Part shown: positions 51,992-62,272 of the stretch, one piece after another
How the letters are laid out: every line of letters begins with the position of its first letter
How positions within the stretch are numbered: position 1 is the stretch's first letter
Assembly (NCBI GenBank): GCA_900314585.1
Contig: OMVV01000003.1
Location: 3,728-67,727 of the forward strand
Length of the DNA stretch: 64,000 nucleotides
From: an uncultured Erysipelotrichaceae bacterium
Lineage (GTDB): Bacteria; Bacillota_I; Bacilli_A; RFN20; CAG-826
Direction: 5' to 3'
Position numbers and translations under genes: made by a program
Notes under the pieces: generated by a model
What the model was told of the DNA's origin: nothing
The model's database searches: none
What the model saw: only the letters and a program-made list of their open reading frames with translations

Positions 51992-52384
51992 ATGATGACA
52001 GATCCAATTGCAGATATGCTCACTCGTATTCGTAATGCGAACGCTTTACGTTATGCCTCCGTCAGCATGCCATCTAGCAAAATGAAAGTTGAAATCGCCA
52101 AAATTCTTCTTGAAGAAGGATTCATCAGCGACTTCAAAGTCTCCGGAGATGTTAAGAAAGAATTGTCCATCTCATTAAAATATGGCGCGAATGGACAAAG
52201 AGTTATCTCTGGTCTTAAAAAGATTTCCAAACCAGGCTTACGCGTTAACGCTGGTGCAAACAAGCTCCCACGCGTCTTAAATGGCTTAGGAATCGCAATT
52301 ATCTCAACCAGTAAAGGAGTCGTTAGCGACAAGACCGCTCGCACCTTAGGTGTTGGTGGTGAAGTGCTCGCTTACGTGTGGTAA
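51992..52384 (+). CDS. rpsH: 30S ribosomal protein S8
   Basis: [15 protein letters not shown]. Confidence 0.98.
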   Translation: MMTDPIADMLTRIRNANALRYASVSMPSSKMKVEIAKILLEEGFISDFKVSGDVKKELSISLKYGANGQRVISGLKKISKPGLRVNAGANKLPRVLNGLGIAIISTSKGVVSDKTARTLGVGGEVLAYVW

Positions 52385-52389
52385 TAAAT

Positions 52390-52935
52390 ATGTCACGTAT
52401 TGGTTTAAAACACATCACTCTTCCAGCTGGTGTGACCGTTGAGGTCAACAATGGGGTTGCAACTGTTAAAGGCCCAAAAGGTTCTTTAGAAGTTAAAGTT
52501 CCAGAAGTTATCAAAGTTTCCGTCGAAGGTAGCGAGGTTAAATGCACCCGCGCTAACGATGAAAAACACACCAAACAACTTCATGGTACAACTCGCGCTA
52601 ATTTACAATCAGCAGTAACCGGTGTTACTACTGGCTTTAAGAAAGAACTCGTCATTGTCGGTATTGGTTATCGTTGTCAAATGAGAGGCGATGCCATCGT
52701 TATGAACGTTGGTTACTCTCACGAAATCGTAATCAAACCAGAAAAGACAGTTAAAATTTCATGCCCATCCGCTACTGAAGTAGTGGTTGAAGGTATCGAT
52801 AAACAAGCAGTGGGACAAACTGCTGCCTTAATTCGCGGAACACGTGAACCAGAACCATATAACGGAAAAGGTGTTATGTATAAGAATGAACACATTATTC
52901 GTAAAGAAGGTAAACGTGCTGCCAGCGCTAAGTAG
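52390..52935 (+). CDS. rplF: 50S ribosomal protein L6
   Basis: MSRIGLKHI at ATG 52390 (the ORF-track start 52378 is GTG inside rpsH). Confidence 0.96.
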   Translation: MSRIGLKHITLPAGVTVEVNNGVATVKGPKGSLEVKVPEVIKVSVEGSEVKCTRANDEKHTKQLHGTTRANLQSAVTGVTTGFKKELVIVGIGYRCQMRGDAIVMNVGYSHEIVIKPEKTVKISCPSATEVVVEGIDKQAVGQTAALIRGTREPEPYNGKGVMYKNEHIIRKEGKRAASAK

Positions 52936-52946
52936 GAGGTCGGAAA

Positions 52947-53300
52947 ATGAAAAACGAATCAAGAAATGCTGTCCGTGTTCGTAAACACGAACGTGTCAGA
53001 GCAAAAATCAGCGGAACTGCTGAATGCCCAAGATTAGTGGTTTTCCGTTCCAACAAGCACATTGAGGCGCAAATTATCGATGATGTTAAAGGCTCTACAT
53101 TAGTGTCTGCCTCTAGCGTCCAACTTAAACTTAGCAATGGTTCAAACGTCGAAGGTGCCAAAGTTGTTGGTGCTAAGATCGCTGAACTTGCTAAAGCAAA
53201 GAAAATTAAAAAAGTCGTCTTCGATCGTGGTGGATATATCTACCATGGCCGTGTCGCTGCGTTAGCAGATGCTGCCCGTGAAGGCGGACTTAAGTTCTAA
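52947..53300 (+). CDS. rplR: 50S ribosomal protein L18
   Basis: uL18 ([12 protein letters not shown]). Confidence 0.97.
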   Translation: MKNESRNAVRVRKHERVRAKISGTAECPRLVVFRSNKHIEAQIIDDVKGSTLVSASSVQLKLSNGSNVEGAKVVGAKIAELAKAKKIKKVVFDRGGYIYHGRVAALADAAREGGLKF

Positions 53301-53312
53301 AGGAGAAAAACA

Positions 53313-53945
53313 ATGGAAGAAGAAAAGAAAGTTGAAGCTCCAGCTCAAGCTGAAGAAGTAAAAACTCCTGAAGTTGCTCCTAAAGAACAACCAAAAGGAA
53401 ATCGTCCACATGGCGATCGTCCACGCGGTGATAGACCACAAAGACGTGGTGATCATCGTCGTCCAAGAAGCGAAGAAGTCAAAGAATACGAAGAAGTCGT
53501 TGTCGAAATCAATCGTATCGCCAAAACCGTTAAAGGTGGCCGCAGAATGCGTTTCTCCGCTTTAGTCGTCATTGGTAACAAAAAGGGCAAATATGGATTT
53601 GGTACTGGCAAAGCTGCTGAAGTCCCAGATGCAATTAAGAAAGCCCTTGAAGCTGCAAAGAAGAACACATTTGAAATTCATATCGTTAAGGGTGATACCC
53701 TTTCCCATGAAGTCATCGGTAAATTCGGTGCTTGCTCTGTGTTCTTAAAACCAGCTCCAGAAGGTACAGGTATTATTGCTGGTGGTCCAGTCCGTGCCAT
53801 CTTAGAACTCGCTGGTGTCCGTAACGTCACCTCCAAGGTCTATGGTAGCCGTGCTCCTATCAACATTATCCGTGCTGCTCATAATGGTTTATCAAACCTC
53901 AAATCTTACAAACAAGTTCAAGCACTTCGTGCTAAAGCTGAATAA
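53313..53945 (+). CDS. rpsE: 30S ribosomal protein S5 with about 47-aa N-terminal extension
   Basis: The uS5 core starts near [19 protein letters not shown] and is preceded by an E/K/P segment and then [19 protein letters not shown]. Confidence 0.95.
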   Translation: MEEEKKVEAPAQAEEVKTPEVAPKEQPKGNRPHGDRPRGDRPQRRGDHRRPRSEEVKEYEEVVVEINRIAKTVKGGRRMRFSALVVIGNKKGKYGFGTGKAAEVPDAIKKALEAAKKNTFEIHIVKGDTLSHEVIGKFGACSVFLKPAPEGTGIIAGGPVRAILELAGVRNVTSKVYGSRAPINIIRAAHNGLSNLKSYKQVQALRAKAE

Positions 53946-53959
53946 AGGAGGATCTACCA

Positions 53960-54400
53960 ATGGAATTACATAACTTAAGTAATGCTAAAGGCGCCAAGAC
54001 CAAAGCATACCGCAAAGGTCGTGGTTTAGGTTCTGGTAATGGCAAGAATGCCGGTACTGGTAACAAAGGTCAAAAGTCCCGTTCTGGTGGCTTAAAAGCT
54101 CCTGGATTTGAAGGTGGACAAACCCCTTTATACCGCCGTTTACCAAAATTTGGTTTTACAAATAACGGCCACAAAGAATATGCTATTGTTAATCTTTCTT
54201 CATTAAATGCTTTCAAAGAAGGTACAGTTGTTAATCCAGCTCTTCTTAAAGAAGTCGGTTTAGTTAAGAAAGAATATGATGGAGTTAAAATCCTAGGCAA
54301 TGGCGAACTCAAAGTGAAATTAACAGTTCAAGCTGCTAAATTCTCTAAGTCCGCAGTTGCTGCAATTGAAAAATTAGGCGGCAAAGCCGAGGTTATCTAA
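53960..54400 (+). CDS. rplO: 50S ribosomal protein L15
   Basis: uL15 ([24 protein letters not shown]). Starts 14 nt after rpsE, leaving no room for rpmD. Confidence 0.97.
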   Translation: MELHNLSNAKGAKTKAYRKGRGLGSGNGKNAGTGNKGQKSRSGGLKAPGFEGGQTPLYRRLPKFGFTNNGHKEYAIVNLSSLNAFKEGTVVNPALLKEVGLVKKEYDGVKILGNGELKVKLTVQAAKFSKSAVAAIEKLGGKAEVI

Positions 54401-54402
54401 GC

Positions 54403-55752
54403 ATGAAAAAAATCGCCTCAATCTTCAAAAACAAGGAAATTGTCAATCGTATCTTCTTTACGATCGCGATTCTCTTTGTTATCCGCATCGGTGCGGCGAT
54501 TACGGTGCCAGGTGTTACTGTTAGTGGTGATTTGGCTAATGCTATGAATAGCGCGAATGCGGTGTCCTTAATGGACCTCCTCGGAGGTGGAGCTTTGCAA
54601 AACTTCTCCATCTTCGCTCTCGGCGTATCTCCATACATCACAGCGCAAATTATCATCCAACTGTTACAAAAGGATGTTCTTCCGGCCTTAACTGAACTTT
54701 CTAAACAAGGTCAATATGGTCGAAAGAAAACTGAGATGGCGACTCGTTATCTCACCCTTATGCTTGGGGCTGTACAAGCTTATGGTATTATCAAGACCAT
54801 GGAAAACAGTGACTATATCACTGTCAACATGGAACTTAACTTCTGGTCATATGCCTATATCATCGTTATTCTTCTCGCAGGTGCGATGACAGTTATGTGG
54901 CTTGGTGACCAAATTACTGAGAAAGGTTTAGGTAATGGTATCTCCGTTGTTATCTTCGCAGGTATCGTTCGTTCGCTTCCAATTCAAATCGGTTCGGCAG
55001 CGAATATGTGGATCGGCACCAACTATAAAGAGTCAACCGAACTTATCAAAGGTTCATTCCAGTTTGCTCTTTATATCTTGGCGTTTGTCCTCATCTTAGC
55101 CTTTGTTGTCTTCATTGAATTAGCAAAGAGAAAAATTCCGGTTCAACACTCTGGCAAAAGCGGTGGTCAAACCGCCTCGATGGCCAAAGCGAGTTTCTTA
55201 CCAATTAAGATCAACTCCGCTGGTGTTATTCCAGTCATCTTTGCCTCTTCAATCTTGATGGCACCATCGATTATCGCTTCCTTTATTACAAGTGATACTC
55301 CAGAATGGCTCAAAATCTTCTCTTATTCTGAAATGGTTGACATGGGTAATGGCTTTAAGTTCCCATGGGGCTTATTAATCTATATGACCCTCATCGTCTT
55401 ATTCACATTCTTCTATGCCACCATTCAAATTGATCCAGAAAACTTAGCGACCAACTTCCGTAAAAATGGTTCCTATATCCCAGGTATTCGCCCGGGTAAT
55501 GAAACCGAAAGATATGTTCGCAAAGTTGTCAACCGCGTGACCTGTATTGGCGCGATTGCCTTGACCTTTATTGCGGCTTTACCAGTCGTCTTAACTCTCT
55601 CAGGCATCTTCGGCAATAACTCCTCACTTGCGATTGGTGGTACTGGATTAATCATTGCGGTCGGTGTTTCACTTGAAATCTCCGCCCAAATCGATGGCTT
55701 GCTCGCTGGAAAGAGTTTCGACGAAGTTCAAGCGACAGCCGGAAGGGAATAA
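54403..55752 (+). CDS. secY: preprotein translocase subunit SecY
   Basis: 10-TM ORF, 449 aa; canonical position after rplO. Confidence 0.97.
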   Translation: MKKIASIFKNKEIVNRIFFTIAILFVIRIGAAITVPGVTVSGDLANAMNSANAVSLMDLLGGGALQNFSIFALGVSPYITAQIIIQLLQKDVLPALTELSKQGQYGRKKTEMATRYLTLMLGAVQAYGIIKTMENSDYITVNMELNFWSYAYIIVILLAGAMTVMWLGDQITEKGLGNGISVVIFAGIVRSLPIQIGSAANMWIGTNYKESTELIKGSFQFALYILAFVLILAFVVFIELAKRKIPVQHSGKSGGQTASMAKASFLPIKINSAGVIPVIFASSILMAPSIIASFITSDTPEWLKIFSYSEMVDMGNGFKFPWGLLIYMTLIVLFTFFYATIQIDPENLATNFRKNGSYIPGIRPGNETERYVRKVVNRVTCIGAIALTFIAALPVVLTLSGIFGNNSSLAIGGTGLIIAVGVSLEISAQIDGLLAGKSFDEVQATAGRE

Positions 55753-55758
55753 TAACTT

Positions 55759-56406
55759 ATGTTAAACATCATCTTAATGGGTCCTCCAGGTGCTGGTAAG
55801 GGCACACAAGCTAAAATCCTCATTAAAAAATATGACATTCCACATATCTCTACAGGCGATATGTTCCGTGAAGCAATTAAGCAAGGAACTCCGCTAGGAA
55901 AACTTGCGGCATCATATATCAATGATGGACACTTAGTCCCAGATGATGTCACGATCGGACTTGTTAAGGAACGCCTTAGCAAAGATGATTGCGCGAAAGG
56001 TTATTTACTTGATGGCTTCCCACGTACGATTGTTCAAGCTGAAGCCCTTGAAAAGCTTACAGAAGAAATCAATCGTCCGATTAAATATGTCATCAACATT
56101 GACACCCCAAAAGAGGAACTCGTTGCTCGTATATGTGGACGTCGCGTTTGTAAAAAATGTGGTGCGCCATATCACATAATCAACGTCAAACCGAAAGTTG
56201 ATGGTGTCTGCGATATCTGCGGTGGTGAACTTATTCAACGCCCAGATGATAATGAGGAAGCTCTTAACACCCGCTTAGAAGCGTATACAAAGCAAACCAA
56301 GCCTCTTCTTGAGTATTATGAGAAGAAAGGCTTGCTTAAAACATTCTCAGGCAAGGACCGTGATGAGCTCACTCCCCAACTATTTGAATTATTGGAAGGT
56401 AAATAA
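55759..56406 (+). CDS. adk: adenylate kinase (Zn-lid form)
   Basis: GPPGAGKGT P-loop; lid CKKCG...CDICGG. Confidence 0.97.
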   Translation: MLNIILMGPPGAGKGTQAKILIKKYDIPHISTGDMFREAIKQGTPLGKLAASYINDGHLVPDDVTIGLVKERLSKDDCAKGYLLDGFPRTIVQAEALEKLTEEINRPIKYVINIDTPKEELVARICGRRVCKKCGAPYHIINVKPKVDGVCDICGGELIQRPDDNEEALNTRLEAYTKQTKPLLEYYEKKGLLKTFSGKDRDELTPQLFELLEGK

Positions 56407-57170
56407 TGATCATTATTAAATCTCCTCGTGAAATTGAATTAATGAGAAAAGCAGGGGAAGTTGTTGGCAAAGTCTTCAACGCTCTTGAAGGAAATATCAA
56501 GCCTGGCATGTCAACGCTTGATGTTGCTAACATTGCTGAAAAAGTAATCCGTGATAACGGAGCTTACCCAACCTTCCTTAATTACTCTGGCTTTCCTGGA
56601 GCAGTCTGCGTCAGCGTCAATGATGAACTTGTCCACGGGATTCCTTCAAAAAAAAGAATCCTTAGAGACGGGGATATCGTTTCCGTCGACGTCGGAGCAA
56701 CTCTTAACGGATATGTTGGAGATGCATGCCGCACTTATCCAGTCGGCATCGTAAAAGAAAGCGTTCTTCGCCTTATTGAAGTTACTCGTGAGAGTTTCTT
56801 TGAAGGTTGTAAGTTCGCTCGTCCTGGCGCACACTTAGGTGATATATCACATGCGATACAAGCCTATTGTGAGGCCCATGGATACTCTCTTCCAAGAGAA
56901 TACACCGGTCATGGAGTTGGTTCTTCATTACATGAAGATCCATATATTCCTAACTATGGTGTCGCCGGAACCGGTCCAATTCTTAAGGAAGGAATGTGTT
57001 TAGCAGTTGAACCAATGGTCAACGAAGGGCATTTCGCTCTTCGAGTGATGAAAGATGGTTGGACTGCTAGAACAAGAGATGGCAAATTGTCTTGTCATTA
57101 TGAAAATTCCATCGTCATAACTAAGGATGGATATGAAATCCTAACTCAAGCGAAGAAGGAGGAAGACTAA
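56406..57170 (+). CDS. map: methionine aminopeptidase type I
   Basis: Pita-bread fold motifs ([15 protein letters not shown]..). Confidence 0.96.
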   Translation: MIIIKSPREIELMRKAGEVVGKVFNALEGNIKPGMSTLDVANIAEKVIRDNGAYPTFLNYSGFPGAVCVSVNDELVHGIPSKKRILRDGDIVSVDVGATLNGYVGDACRTYPVGIVKESVLRLIEVTRESFFEGCKFARPGAHLGDISHAIQAYCEAHGYSLPREYTGHGVGSSLHEDPYIPNYGVAGTGPILKEGMCLAVEPMVNEGHFALRVMKDGWTARTRDGKLSCHYENSIVITKDGYEILTQAKKEED

Positions 57171-57172
57171 TT

Positions 57173-57394
57173 ATGGCAAAAGATGGCGTCATCGAGGTGG
57201 AAGCGACAGTCATTGAGACTCTTCCGAACACAATGTTCAGGGTCAAACTCGAAAATGGCATCGTAATTCTAGCCCACGTTTCTGGTAAAATCCGCATGCA
57301 TTACATCCGCATCTTACCAGGCGATAGAGTTACCGTCGAAATGTCACCGTATGATTTAACACGTGGGCGTATCACATATCGATACAAAAATTAG
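57173..57394 (+). CDS. infA: translation initiation factor IF-1
   Basis: 73 aa S1-like OB ([16 protein letters not shown]). Confidence 0.97.
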   Translation: MAKDGVIEVEATVIETLPNTMFRVKLENGIVILAHVSGKIRMHYIRILPGDRVTVEMSPYDLTRGRITYRYKN

Positions 57395-57422
57395 TAGCAT
57401 AGGGCTACAGGAGGAAAAACAA

Positions 57423-57536
57423 ATGAAAGTAAGACCTTCAGTCAAACCTATGTGCGACAAGTGCAGGGTAATCAAACGTCATGGCAAAGTCATGGTCATC
57501 TGTGAAAACCCAAAGCACAAACAACGCCAAGGTTAA
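57423..57536 (+). CDS. rpmJ: 50S ribosomal protein L36
   Basis: My translation: [37 protein letters not shown] (37 aa, CxxC..C..H); SD AGGAGG. Too short for the ORF track. Confidence 0.95.
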   Translation: MKVRPSVKPMCDKCRVIKRHGKVMVICENPKHKQRQG

Positions 57537-57557
57537 TCATAGGAGGAAGTAAATTCT

Positions 57558-57935
57558 ATGGCACGTATTGTCGGGGTTGACATCCCAAATGAAAAGCGTG
57601 TTGTTGTCTCTATTACCTATATTTATGGTATTGGTCATTCAACCGCTCATAAAATCTGTCAAGCTGCAAAAGTTAGCGAAGATATTCGCGTTAAAGATCT
57701 CACTGAAGAACAATTAGGCGCGATTCGTAACGAAATTGCAAAATACAAAGTTGAAGGTGATCTTCGTAGAGAAGTCGCTCTTAACATCAAACGTTTAAGC
57801 GAAATTGGTTGCTATCGTGGAATTCGTCACCGTAAAGGTTTACCAGTCCGCGGTCAAAGAACAAGAACCAATGCACGTACCCGTAAAGGTAAACGTAAAA
57901 CAATTGCGAATAAGAAAGTCGCATCACAAGGTTAA
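57558..57935 (+). CDS. rpsM: 30S ribosomal protein S13
   Basis: [10 protein letters not shown]. Confidence 0.98.
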   Translation: MARIVGVDIPNEKRVVVSITYIYGIGHSTAHKICQAAKVSEDIRVKDLTEEQLGAIRNEIAKYKVEGDLRREVALNIKRLSEIGCYRGIRHRKGLPVRGQRTRTNARTRKGKRKTIANKKVASQG

Positions 57936-57953
57936 TGAAAGGAGCTTGAAACT

Positions 57954-58343
57954 ATGGCAACAAAAACAACTGCTCGTAAGAAAAAAATCAAACGATCAAT
58001 TACCAAAGGTGTTGCTCACATTCACAGCACCTTTAATAACACCATCGTTACCATTTCTGATGAACAAGGTAACGTCATTTCCTGGAGCAGCGCTGGTGCA
58101 CTTGGCTTCAAAGGAGCTAAGAAATCGACACCATTTGCCGCTCAATTAGCAGGCGAAGCGGCTGCAAAGGTCGCATTCGATCAAGGCCTTAGAAGCGTCG
58201 ATGTTGACGTCAAAGGTCCAGGCCCAGGTCGTGAAGGCGCCATTCGTGCACTCGCACAAGCTGGTTTAGCTGTTACATCAATCACTGATTCAACACCTAT
58301 CCCACATAACGGCTGCCGTCCACCAAAAAGACCACGCGGATAA
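57954..58343 (+). CDS. rpsK: 30S ribosomal protein S11
   Basis: [16 protein letters not shown]. Confidence 0.98.
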   Translation: MATKTTARKKKIKRSITKGVAHIHSTFNNTIVTISDEQGNVISWSSAGALGFKGAKKSTPFAAQLAGEAAAKVAFDQGLRSVDVDVKGPGPGREGAIRALAQAGLAVTSITDSTPIPHNGCRPPKRPRG

Positions 58344-58358
58344 TGGGAGGAGCACACA

Positions 58359-59345
58359 ATGTCAAACTTAGCAAAACCATTTGAACAAACCAGTTTCAAA
58401 GTCGCGCAAATCGACGAAGCTGAAAACTATGGTAAGTTCGTCATCGAACCTCTCGAAAGAGGCTATGGCCTTACAATTGGTAACTCTTTACGTAGAGTCC
58501 TTCTCGCTTCCCTTCCAGGCGCTAGCGTCTGCGGAGTTGAAATTGAAGGTGCCGAACACGAATTCAGCGCTCTTAAAGGTGTTGAAGAAGACGTTACCGC
58601 TATTATCTTAAATCTCAAAGATTTAGTCCTTAAAATTGATGATGAATCAAACGAAGAAAAGAAACTCGTCGTCGATGTCAAAGGACCAAAGGTCGTCAAA
58701 GCTGGCGACATTGAACTTCCAGCTTTCGTTAGCGTCGTCAATCCAGATTTAGAGATTGCTCACGTCGTTAGCGGTGGAAGTCTCAAGATGACTATTTACG
58801 CTCGTAGAGGCCGTGGATATGTCACCGCAGAAGGTAACAAGGAATTCCGTGGTAAAGTCAGCGTTTCTAACTTAGGTTATATCGTTACTGACTCTAACTA
58901 CTCCCCAGTTACTCGTTCATCTTATCAAGTCGAACCAACCCGTGTTGGTCACGATTCCCACTTCGACAAATTAACACTTGAAGTTTATACGAATGGTTCA
59001 ATCCTTCCACAAACTGCTGTTGCTTTAGCAGCTCAAATGTTAATCACCAACCTCAACCCATTTGTTGAACTTGAGAAGACTGTTTCTGAACTCAACATGA
59101 TCAAGGAAGAAGTTGAAGTCGAAGATAACAAATTTGAAGTTATGCCAATCGAAGAACTCGACCTCTCTGTTCGTAGCTATAACTGCTTGAAGAGAGCGGC
59201 GATCTCAACTGTGGCAGAATTAACTCAAAAAACCGAAGAAGAAATGATGAAAGTCCGTAACTTAGGTAAGAAATCCCTTAAAGAAGTTAAGGAAAAACTT
59301 GCTGAAAACGGTTTATCATTCCGTGAATACACCCCAGGAGAATAA
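58359..59345 (+). CDS. rpoA: DNA-directed RNA polymerase subunit alpha
   Basis: GNSLRRVLLSS-like motif; C-terminal domain LDLSVRSYNCLKRA. Confidence 0.97.
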   Translation: MSNLAKPFEQTSFKVAQIDEAENYGKFVIEPLERGYGLTIGNSLRRVLLASLPGASVCGVEIEGAEHEFSALKGVEEDVTAIILNLKDLVLKIDDESNEEKKLVVDVKGPKVVKAGDIELPAFVSVVNPDLEIAHVVSGGSLKMTIYARRGRGYVTAEGNKEFRGKVSVSNLGYIVTDSNYSPVTRSSYQVEPTRVGHDSHFDKLTLEVYTNGSILPQTAVALAAQMLITNLNPFVELEKTVSELNMIKEEVEVEDNKFEVMPIEELDLSVRSYNCLKRAAISTVAELTQKTEEEMMKVRNLGKKSLKEVKEKLAENGLSFREYTPGE

Positions 59346-59347
59346 TT

Positions 59348-59728
59348 ATGGCAGCACAAGGACGTAAAAATGTTCATGGTAAAGCCGGTGTTAGATTCAA
59401 AGCCGGATATACCAAATCAAAACATGAAAACAAACTTCGCACTCTCGTTACTGATTTAGTTAAATATGAGAGAATTACCGTAACTTCTGGCATGGCTAGA
59501 GAATTAAGATCTTTAGCTGAACACATGGTTACACTTGGTAAACGTGGCGATTTACACGCTCGCCGTCAAGCAGCCGCTGTTTTAAAAAGTGAAGAATCCT
59601 TGAAAAAGGTCTTCGGCGAACTCGCAGTTCGTTATGCTAATCGCAATGGTGGCTATACCCGTGCTTATAAGTGCGGTGTAAGACTTGGCGATAACGCGCA
59701 AAAAGTCTTAATCGAATTTGTTAAATAA
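59348..59728 (+). CDS. rplQ: 50S ribosomal protein L17
   Basis: bL17 (RNGGYTR); last gene of the alpha operon. Confidence 0.97.
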   Translation: MAAQGRKNVHGKAGVRFKAGYTKSKHENKLRTLVTDLVKYERITVTSGMARELRSLAEHMVTLGKRGDLHARRQAAAVLKSEESLKKVFGELAVRYANRNGGYTRAYKCGVRLGDNAQKVLIEFVK

Positions 59729-59750
59729 TTTGATTTGAACAAACTAAATT

Positions 59751-59776
59751 GGAGAGGTTAATTCCTCTCCTTTTTT
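59751..59776 (+). terminator. rho-independent terminator of the alpha operon
   Basis: ggagagg-ttaatt-cctctcc plus tttttt. Confidence 0.8.
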
Positions 59777-59812
59777 CTATCAATATTTCTATATAAACCA
59801 TTAAGTTAGGTT

Positions 59813-59818
59813 TATAAT
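59813..59818 (+). promoter_or_regulatory. TATAAT 6 nt upstream of ATG 59825
   Basis: -10 hexamer directly upstream of an SD-less ATG; leaderless geometry. Confidence 0.4.
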
Positions 59819-59824
59819 ACGAGT

Positions 59825-61600
59825 ATGGCAACAGATTTACTTGAACCTGAATTACTTTATAAAAGAGAACTTAAAGAAAAGCATCATCAAAGTGTGGTGG
59901 ACTTTTTTAGTGAGCTCGTCGCTAAAAGTGGAGTTAATAAAGATGAGAACAAAGCTTTATGCGAAAAGATATACGCTCGAAAAGCTGATGCTTCTAAACT
60001 TTCCCAAAGACTCGGAAAAATCAATTCTGTTAAAGTTATTGGGATTTTGTCGATAGTTTTTGGCGCAATTATCGGTTTAATCGGCGGAGTTTTATTTACA
60101 GTTCCTGCTATTTTAGCGGCGATTATTTGTATCGTTATTGGAATAGCAATGATTGTCGGTGGAATTCTGCTAATTGTTAAGGTTTACCGTAAAAGAGCCA
60201 AGAATTACCAGACTTTACTAGATGATGCAAATAAAGAAGTTGAAGCGATGATTGCTGAGGCATATAAGCAAATGGCGCCGCTAAATGCACTCTTTGATGA
60301 AGAAATGCCAGCCCAGCTTATGGAAAAGACAACTCCACTCATCAAGATGGATCGTCTTCTTGATAACAAAAAGCTCGATTTCTTGGTAAATCACTATGGA
60401 TATAATTATCGCGATAAAGAAAATTGTTCGGTCGTCGGCTTACAATCCGGAACAATTTTAGGAAATCCATTCGTCTTCTTCAAAGAAAGAGAAATGATGA
60501 TGAGTCAACATACATACACAGGCACATTACTCATTTCTTGGACAACAGTGGTGCCTACCAAAGATGGCATGCGAACAGTTAGACACACCCAGACACTTGT
60601 CGCAAACGTTACTAAACCAAAACCAGTTTATTCTTTGGACACATATTTGATGTACGCGAATGATGCTGCTCCTAACCTAACTTTCTCAAGAAGACCGTCA
60701 AATATCAGGGATTTTGACGAAAAAGGATTAGAAAAGTATGTTCGTAAGCATGAGAGTGATTTATCAAAGATGGCCGAAAAAGAAATGGAAAAAGGCGGTA
60801 ATTACACTCCACTTGGGAATCCTGAATTCGAACTATTTTTCGGTGGTCTTAACAGAAATAATGAAGTTGAATATCGTTTGTTATTTACTCCACTTGCTCA
60901 AAAGAGCATGCTTCAACTGATGAAATCAGATGTTGGCTATGGCGATGACTTTACTCTAGTAAAACAACACAAAATCAACTTCTTAACTTCTAGACATTCG
61001 CAAGGCGTGTTATTTGTAGATGTTTCGATTTTCTATGACTTCGATTTTGAAAAGATTGAAGAGAGATTTATCGAGTTTAACGATGAATATTTCAAGTCAG
61101 TCTACTTCGATTTAGCGCCACTTCTTTGTATTCCTTTATATCAACAACACAAAGCTCAAGAATATATTTATAAGGGTACAATCCCTTCAAATTACTCAGA
61201 TATTGAACACGAAGTGATCTCGAATCGCTTCGACGTTAGAGAATTCTGTGATCCAGAAACAGACACAGAAGTTATATTAAAAACAGATTTTATTTCCGCT
61301 CGTGGCGAGATCGATGCAGTGAAGGTTAGAGCCAAATCCTTTAAAGCAATCAAGCGTCTTGAAGTCGTCCCAACTCTTGGTGGCGATGGCAGGATGCATG
61401 GGGTCCCAGTCACGTGGTTTGAATATATTCCTCTTGAAAAGGAAACGATTATTGATGTTGCTCATATTGGTGGAGACCGCATCAAATTCAACCAACTCGG
61501 AAATAATAATGTGATTTATAATCGTGGGCTAATATCTTATAATCAAGATAAGCCTCTTAATATTTCTATTAACGAATTAAAATCACAAATGGCTAAATAG
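59825..61600 (+). CDS. hypothetical membrane-anchored protein (591 aa; TM hairpin near the N-terminus, large unassigned C-terminal domain)
   Basis: Long uninterrupted ORF; TM hairpin at aa ~70-118 flanked by K/R. No motif recognised. Confidence 0.7.
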   Translation: MATDLLEPELLYKRELKEKHHQSVVDFFSELVAKSGVNKDENKALCEKIYARKADASKLSQRLGKINSVKVIGILSIVFGAIIGLIGGVLFTVPAILAAIICIVIGIAMIVGGILLIVKVYRKRAKNYQTLLDDANKEVEAMIAEAYKQMAPLNALFDEEMPAQLMEKTTPLIKMDRLLDNKKLDFLVNHYGYNYRDKENCSVVGLQSGTILGNPFVFFKEREMMMSQHTYTGTLLISWTTVVPTKDGMRTVRHTQTLVANVTKPKPVYSLDTYLMYANDAAPNLTFSRRPSNIRDFDEKGLEKYVRKHESDLSKMAEKEMEKGGNYTPLGNPEFELFFGGLNRNNEVEYRLLFTPLAQKSMLQLMKSDVGYGDDFTLVKQHKINFLTSRHSQGVLFVDVSIFYDFDFEKIEERFIEFNDEYFKSVYFDLAPLLCIPLYQQHKAQEYIYKGTIPSNYSDIEHEVISNRFDVREFCDPETDTEVILKTDFISARGEIDAVKVRAKSFKAIKRLEVVPTLGGDGRMHGVPVTWFEYIPLEKETIIDVAHIGGDRIKFNQLGNNNVIYNRGLISYNQDKPLNISINELKSQMAK

Positions 61601-61615
61601 TAAAGGAGATTTTAT

Positions 61616-62272
61616 ATGGCTAATGAATTAGACGAAATGACTGGTCCAGTTAATGAAGCTGGACGTGACATCAATGTCATTGAAAAACAAATCCCAGTTA
61701 AAGTTGGTGTCGGCTCAACAATTTTCCAAATCTTATTATGGGTCTTTGGCATCATTCCAGGCGTCATCTTCCTCTTTGTGAAGATCAGCGCCGGCAAGAA
61801 ACTTTCCCAACTTCAACAAAAGGTTCAACAAGCTGCTTCGCAAGTTGATAACTATCTCGAACAAAGAGTTATTATTTTGCAAAACGCCGCAAAACTCGTG
61901 GAAAAGGGTATTGATTTTGACAAATCAACATTCACTGAAATCGCTCGTTTACGTGCTGGAGGCGCTCAATCCTTCTCTGAAACCAACGCAGCGATGGAAG
62001 ATGTTCAAAAGAAGATCAATGTTGCTTTGGAAAATTATCCGGATTTAAAAGCTCACCAAGAACTTGCTGATGCAATGCAACAAAACTCATACACCCAAAG
62101 AGAAATTACAGCAGCAAGAGAGCATTACAACGATGTTGTTGCTGAATGGAACAAGGCTATCTTCGAGTGGCCAGCCAAACAAATTGTTGCGGCAAAACGT
62201 GGATATACTACCCGTATTCCATTCTCAGTTTCTAAAGAAGTCAAACAGAAAGCTCGCGAGGTTTTCTTCTAA
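61616..62272 (+). CDS. lemA: LemA family protein
   Basis: Single N-terminal TM, then the LemA helical domain (ENYPDLKAHQELADAMQQ...REITAAREHYNDVVAEWNKAIFEWPAK); SD AAAGGAG. Confidence 0.8.
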   Translation: MANELDEMTGPVNEAGRDINVIEKQIPVKVGVGSTIFQILLWVFGIIPGVIFLFVKISAGKKLSQLQQKVQQAASQVDNYLEQRVIILQNAAKLVEKGIDFDKSTFTEIARLRAGGAQSFSETNAAMEDVQKKINVALENYPDLKAHQELADAMQQNSYTQREITAAREHYNDVVAEWNKAIFEWPAKQIVAAKRGYTTRIPFSVSKEVKQKAREVFF

